Positions 61,656-64,000 of a stretch of DNA of 64,000 bases are shown here, piece after piece. The DNA comes from Lama glama. Lineage: Eukaryota. Numbering within the stretch: position 1 is the stretch's first letter; every line of letters begins with the position of its first letter. A program made the translations under genes and the position numbers. The notes below the pieces were generated by a model that worked only from the letters and a program-made list of their open reading frames with translations, did no database searches and was not told the origin of the DNA. The DNA is taken from the NCBI GenBank assembly GCA_028534125.1, contig CM052816.1, positions 64,730,001-64,794,000 of the forward strand. The letters are read 5' to 3'.

Positions 61656-61759
61656 TTTTTCTTTTCCCTTATCTTAAAAAAAACTTTAAAAGGTGGGAAT
61701 TTCAAACATAACAAAAAAAGAGAATAGTAAGAAAGAACCCTCGTGTACCCATCATGTAG

Positions 61760-61893
61760 CTTGTTAGAAATGGAAATTTTCAGGCTCCAACAAAGTTGTA
61801 CAGATTAGAAACTCTTAGGGTAAGGTTTAGCAATCTGTGTTTTAACAAGTTCTCCAGGTGACTCTGATGCAGGCTAAAGTTCTAAAACCCCTG
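61760..61893. mobile_element. MER5A-like fragment within an old L1
   Basis: cttgttagaaatg...gcaatctgtgttttaacaagttctccaggtgactctgatgca. Confidence 0.8.
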
Positions 61894-63229
61894 CCCTCAA
61901 AGATCGAGTCTTTTAAAGATAACTAGAATACAATTTTTAAACTGTAATTCTTGATTATCTTCAAATATCTGTTCAGTATTCCAACTTCCAATTGTCTCAC
62001 AATTGCTTTTTAAAATGTTTAGATTTTATAATTTTTACAGAATTGTGATCCAGGTAATGTTTACATGTTGTGATTAGTTGATTTGTCTCTCAAATCTCTT
62101 TCTCTCCATCCTCCACTATCACCATCCTTCCTTGTAATTGCAAATACCTGGTCATTTATAGACGCTCCCACATTCCAAGTGTTGCTGGTTGCAAACCCGT
62201 ATTTTTCCATCCTCTGCATTTCTTGTACATTGGTAGTTGCATCATAAAAATGAGTATGGTCAAGTTTAGTTTCAATTTGGGGGCAAGAATCCTTAGTAGA
62301 TGGAGCTGAGGTCTTTACCTCTTTAAAAGCTCCTGGCTAAAATTGGTTCTAGCTATTTGTGCTGTAGCTCTCTGCTTACTCCAGGTTCTGCCTCAAGCCT
62401 CCTGTCTCATTGTTCCTCCCCTGTTCCCATCTTCTTGGGCTCTGCACTTTTCCTGGCCCAGTTTGGAGACCTGACTTGACTCTCCTCATGGCCTTTAATT
62501 AACATTCCTTCAGATGCTATTTTTGGTAACTTCATCATCAAGCAAAGAGGAACAGGTAAGAGGCGCTCTCTCTCAGGATGCTGCCCAGGTCCTCAGGACA
62601 CATCCTGGCAGGGCCTGCAGAACCCCACCTCTAGCCCTTAGCTTGTCTGATCAGATAATACTAGCATTTCCGTGGTCACTCCTCTGTGCCCCTACACTCC
62701 AAAGGAGCTACTTTCAGGAGACCTGGAGTCAGGTCTGGCGTCTGTTTTTAAATAAGCGTCTCTGAGGTCCTGGTATGAAAACAGGCTTCACTTCAAATAG
62801 AACTCTGAGGAGCTACTCTCCCTCCTAATCCCTTATTGGAGCTGGACTCAGAGCACTGCTCTGTCATTAATTCCAGGAGCAACCCAATCGGAGACTTTTC
62901 AGAGACAGCTGGATAAGAAAATGCAGTCAAGCAGGTTTGAATGTCTAGAAAGTCTCTCTAATTTTAAATGAAAGGGGAAAATCCACCAATGGTATATCTG
63001 ATCAAGCTTGAAACCGAATGCTCTATGTGTTTTGTCCACTAAATATAATCCTTTTATCCCCTCCTCTCCACTTTTTACAGTTGGTTTTTGGGTTACAATG
63101 TAGATGGACTAAATTCCCAGTAATTTGTGAGTCGGCTCGTGTTCCCTCTTGGTCTGGGGTAAACTCTTGTTTTTTTTTTAATCTTACATGGTAGAAGATC
63201 TGCACCAGTCATCTTTGCGGAGGTGGAGA

Positions 63230-63400
63230 CTGGAGGTCTGCTCAAGTGCTGGTCATATTTTGTTTCTTGATCTACGTGCCGGTTACAAGGGTATGTTCAG
63301 TCAGTGAAAATTCTCCAAACTCTATAGAGATAATCTGTGTGCTTTTCTCCATGTATTATAATCCACTAAAAAATTGAAAGAAAAAAAAAAGAAAGGAAAA
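63230..63400 (+). mobile_element. L1ME-like 3' terminus
   Basis: gtgctggtcatattttgtttcttgatct...ggttacaagggtatgttcag...gtgaaaattc plus A-rich tail. Confidence 0.7.
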
Positions 63401-63935
63401 AGATCTGTGTGAGAAATAAACAAAAGGAAGATACAAGACATAAAGGAATCAGCAGTCAGGACAAATGCTTAAAATAACTTTGTTTTTTATGTCCAAGCCA
63501 GTTTCAGCTACTTGGCTCTGAAGGAAAAATAAGAGTGGCTGTGTTGTAAGAGAACACAATAACCATTGTTGCCTTTGTTAGCCCTTCAAGAGAGCCCAAC
63601 ACGTACAGACACCCTGCCCCAAGCCCGGCGCACAAACCTTCCTTGTTCCCCAACTGCTTCCGCCTCACAATCTCATTTTCATCCTGCTCTGGCTCGGTGC
63701 TGCCCACCACTGTCTCACTTCTGACTCTCTGGGATCCAGTATTTGTTTGTGGTCCATGGGTCTTGACTCCCAGGATCCTCTGCTGCTGTGACCAAGAGTA
63801 AGAGATTGCCTGTTAAATATCTTGCCTCGCAGGATGCAACCCCAGCCCGGGGCACCTTACTACCTACCAGTATCTGGCTGTGAGACCTGGCAGCAGTGCT
63901 TTCTAAAAGTTCTACACATTACTCCCCTCCCCCAT

Positions 63936-63952
63936 TTCTTTTTCTTTCTTTC

Positions 63953-63983
<31 letters not shown>

Positions 63984-63986
63984 TTT
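63936..63986. repeat. (TTTC)n(TTC)n-poly(T) tract, probably the tail of a minus-strand retroelement running off the window
   Basis: Read directly. It is followed by aattgaa, as at the L1 end near 43270. Confidence 0.8.
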
Positions 63987-64000
63987 GTAAATTGAATTTC

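Noticed and set aside
63590..63860. Slight CpG enrichment as a possible promoter of the next gene
   Set aside because: Too few CpGs and too short for a CpG island. No exon was recognised.
1..64000. A previously undescribed multi-gene system, CRISPR array or prokaryote-like operon
   Set aside because: No long ORFs, regular repeat-spacer arrays or compositional islands are visible. Everything recognisable is ELOVL7 or mammalian interspersed repeats.

Overview
Mammalian genomic DNA (AT-rich, CpG-poor), most likely from a camelid: it carries six copies of a tRNA-Ala-derived SINE resembling the camelid Vic-1 family, plus cetartiodactyl-type L1 3' ends. The window holds the complete coding part of one + strand gene, ELOVL7 (very-long-chain fatty acid elongase 7). 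Seven coding exons (19416-19479, 25842-26032, 29384-29464, 30349-30405, 32737-32842, 37564-37700, 40228-40437) splice to an intact 846-nt ORF of 281 aa. It has the KxxExxDT and HxxHH motifs, Cys99/Cys231 and a C-terminal KxKxx ER signal. A ~2.5 kb 3' UTR follows. The promoter and first exon lie upstream, outside the window. The rest is intronic or intergenic DNA rich in L1, L2, MIR, MaLR/ERV LTRs, hAT MITEs and SINEs, and almost all short ORFs in the supplied track are spurious or repeat-derived. I found no evidence of a new multi-gene system. The most notable items are a GC-AG intron, unusual residues beside the KxxExxDT motif, a near-perfect Maf/ARE site, a miR-219 seed site, a candidate 5' UTR exon, an L1 abutting a splice acceptor, and several informative retrotransposition scars including a 48-bp inverted L1 insertion with a perfect 19-bp TSD. 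Repeat family names and comparisons to human ELOVL7 are from memory and need confirmation by alignment.
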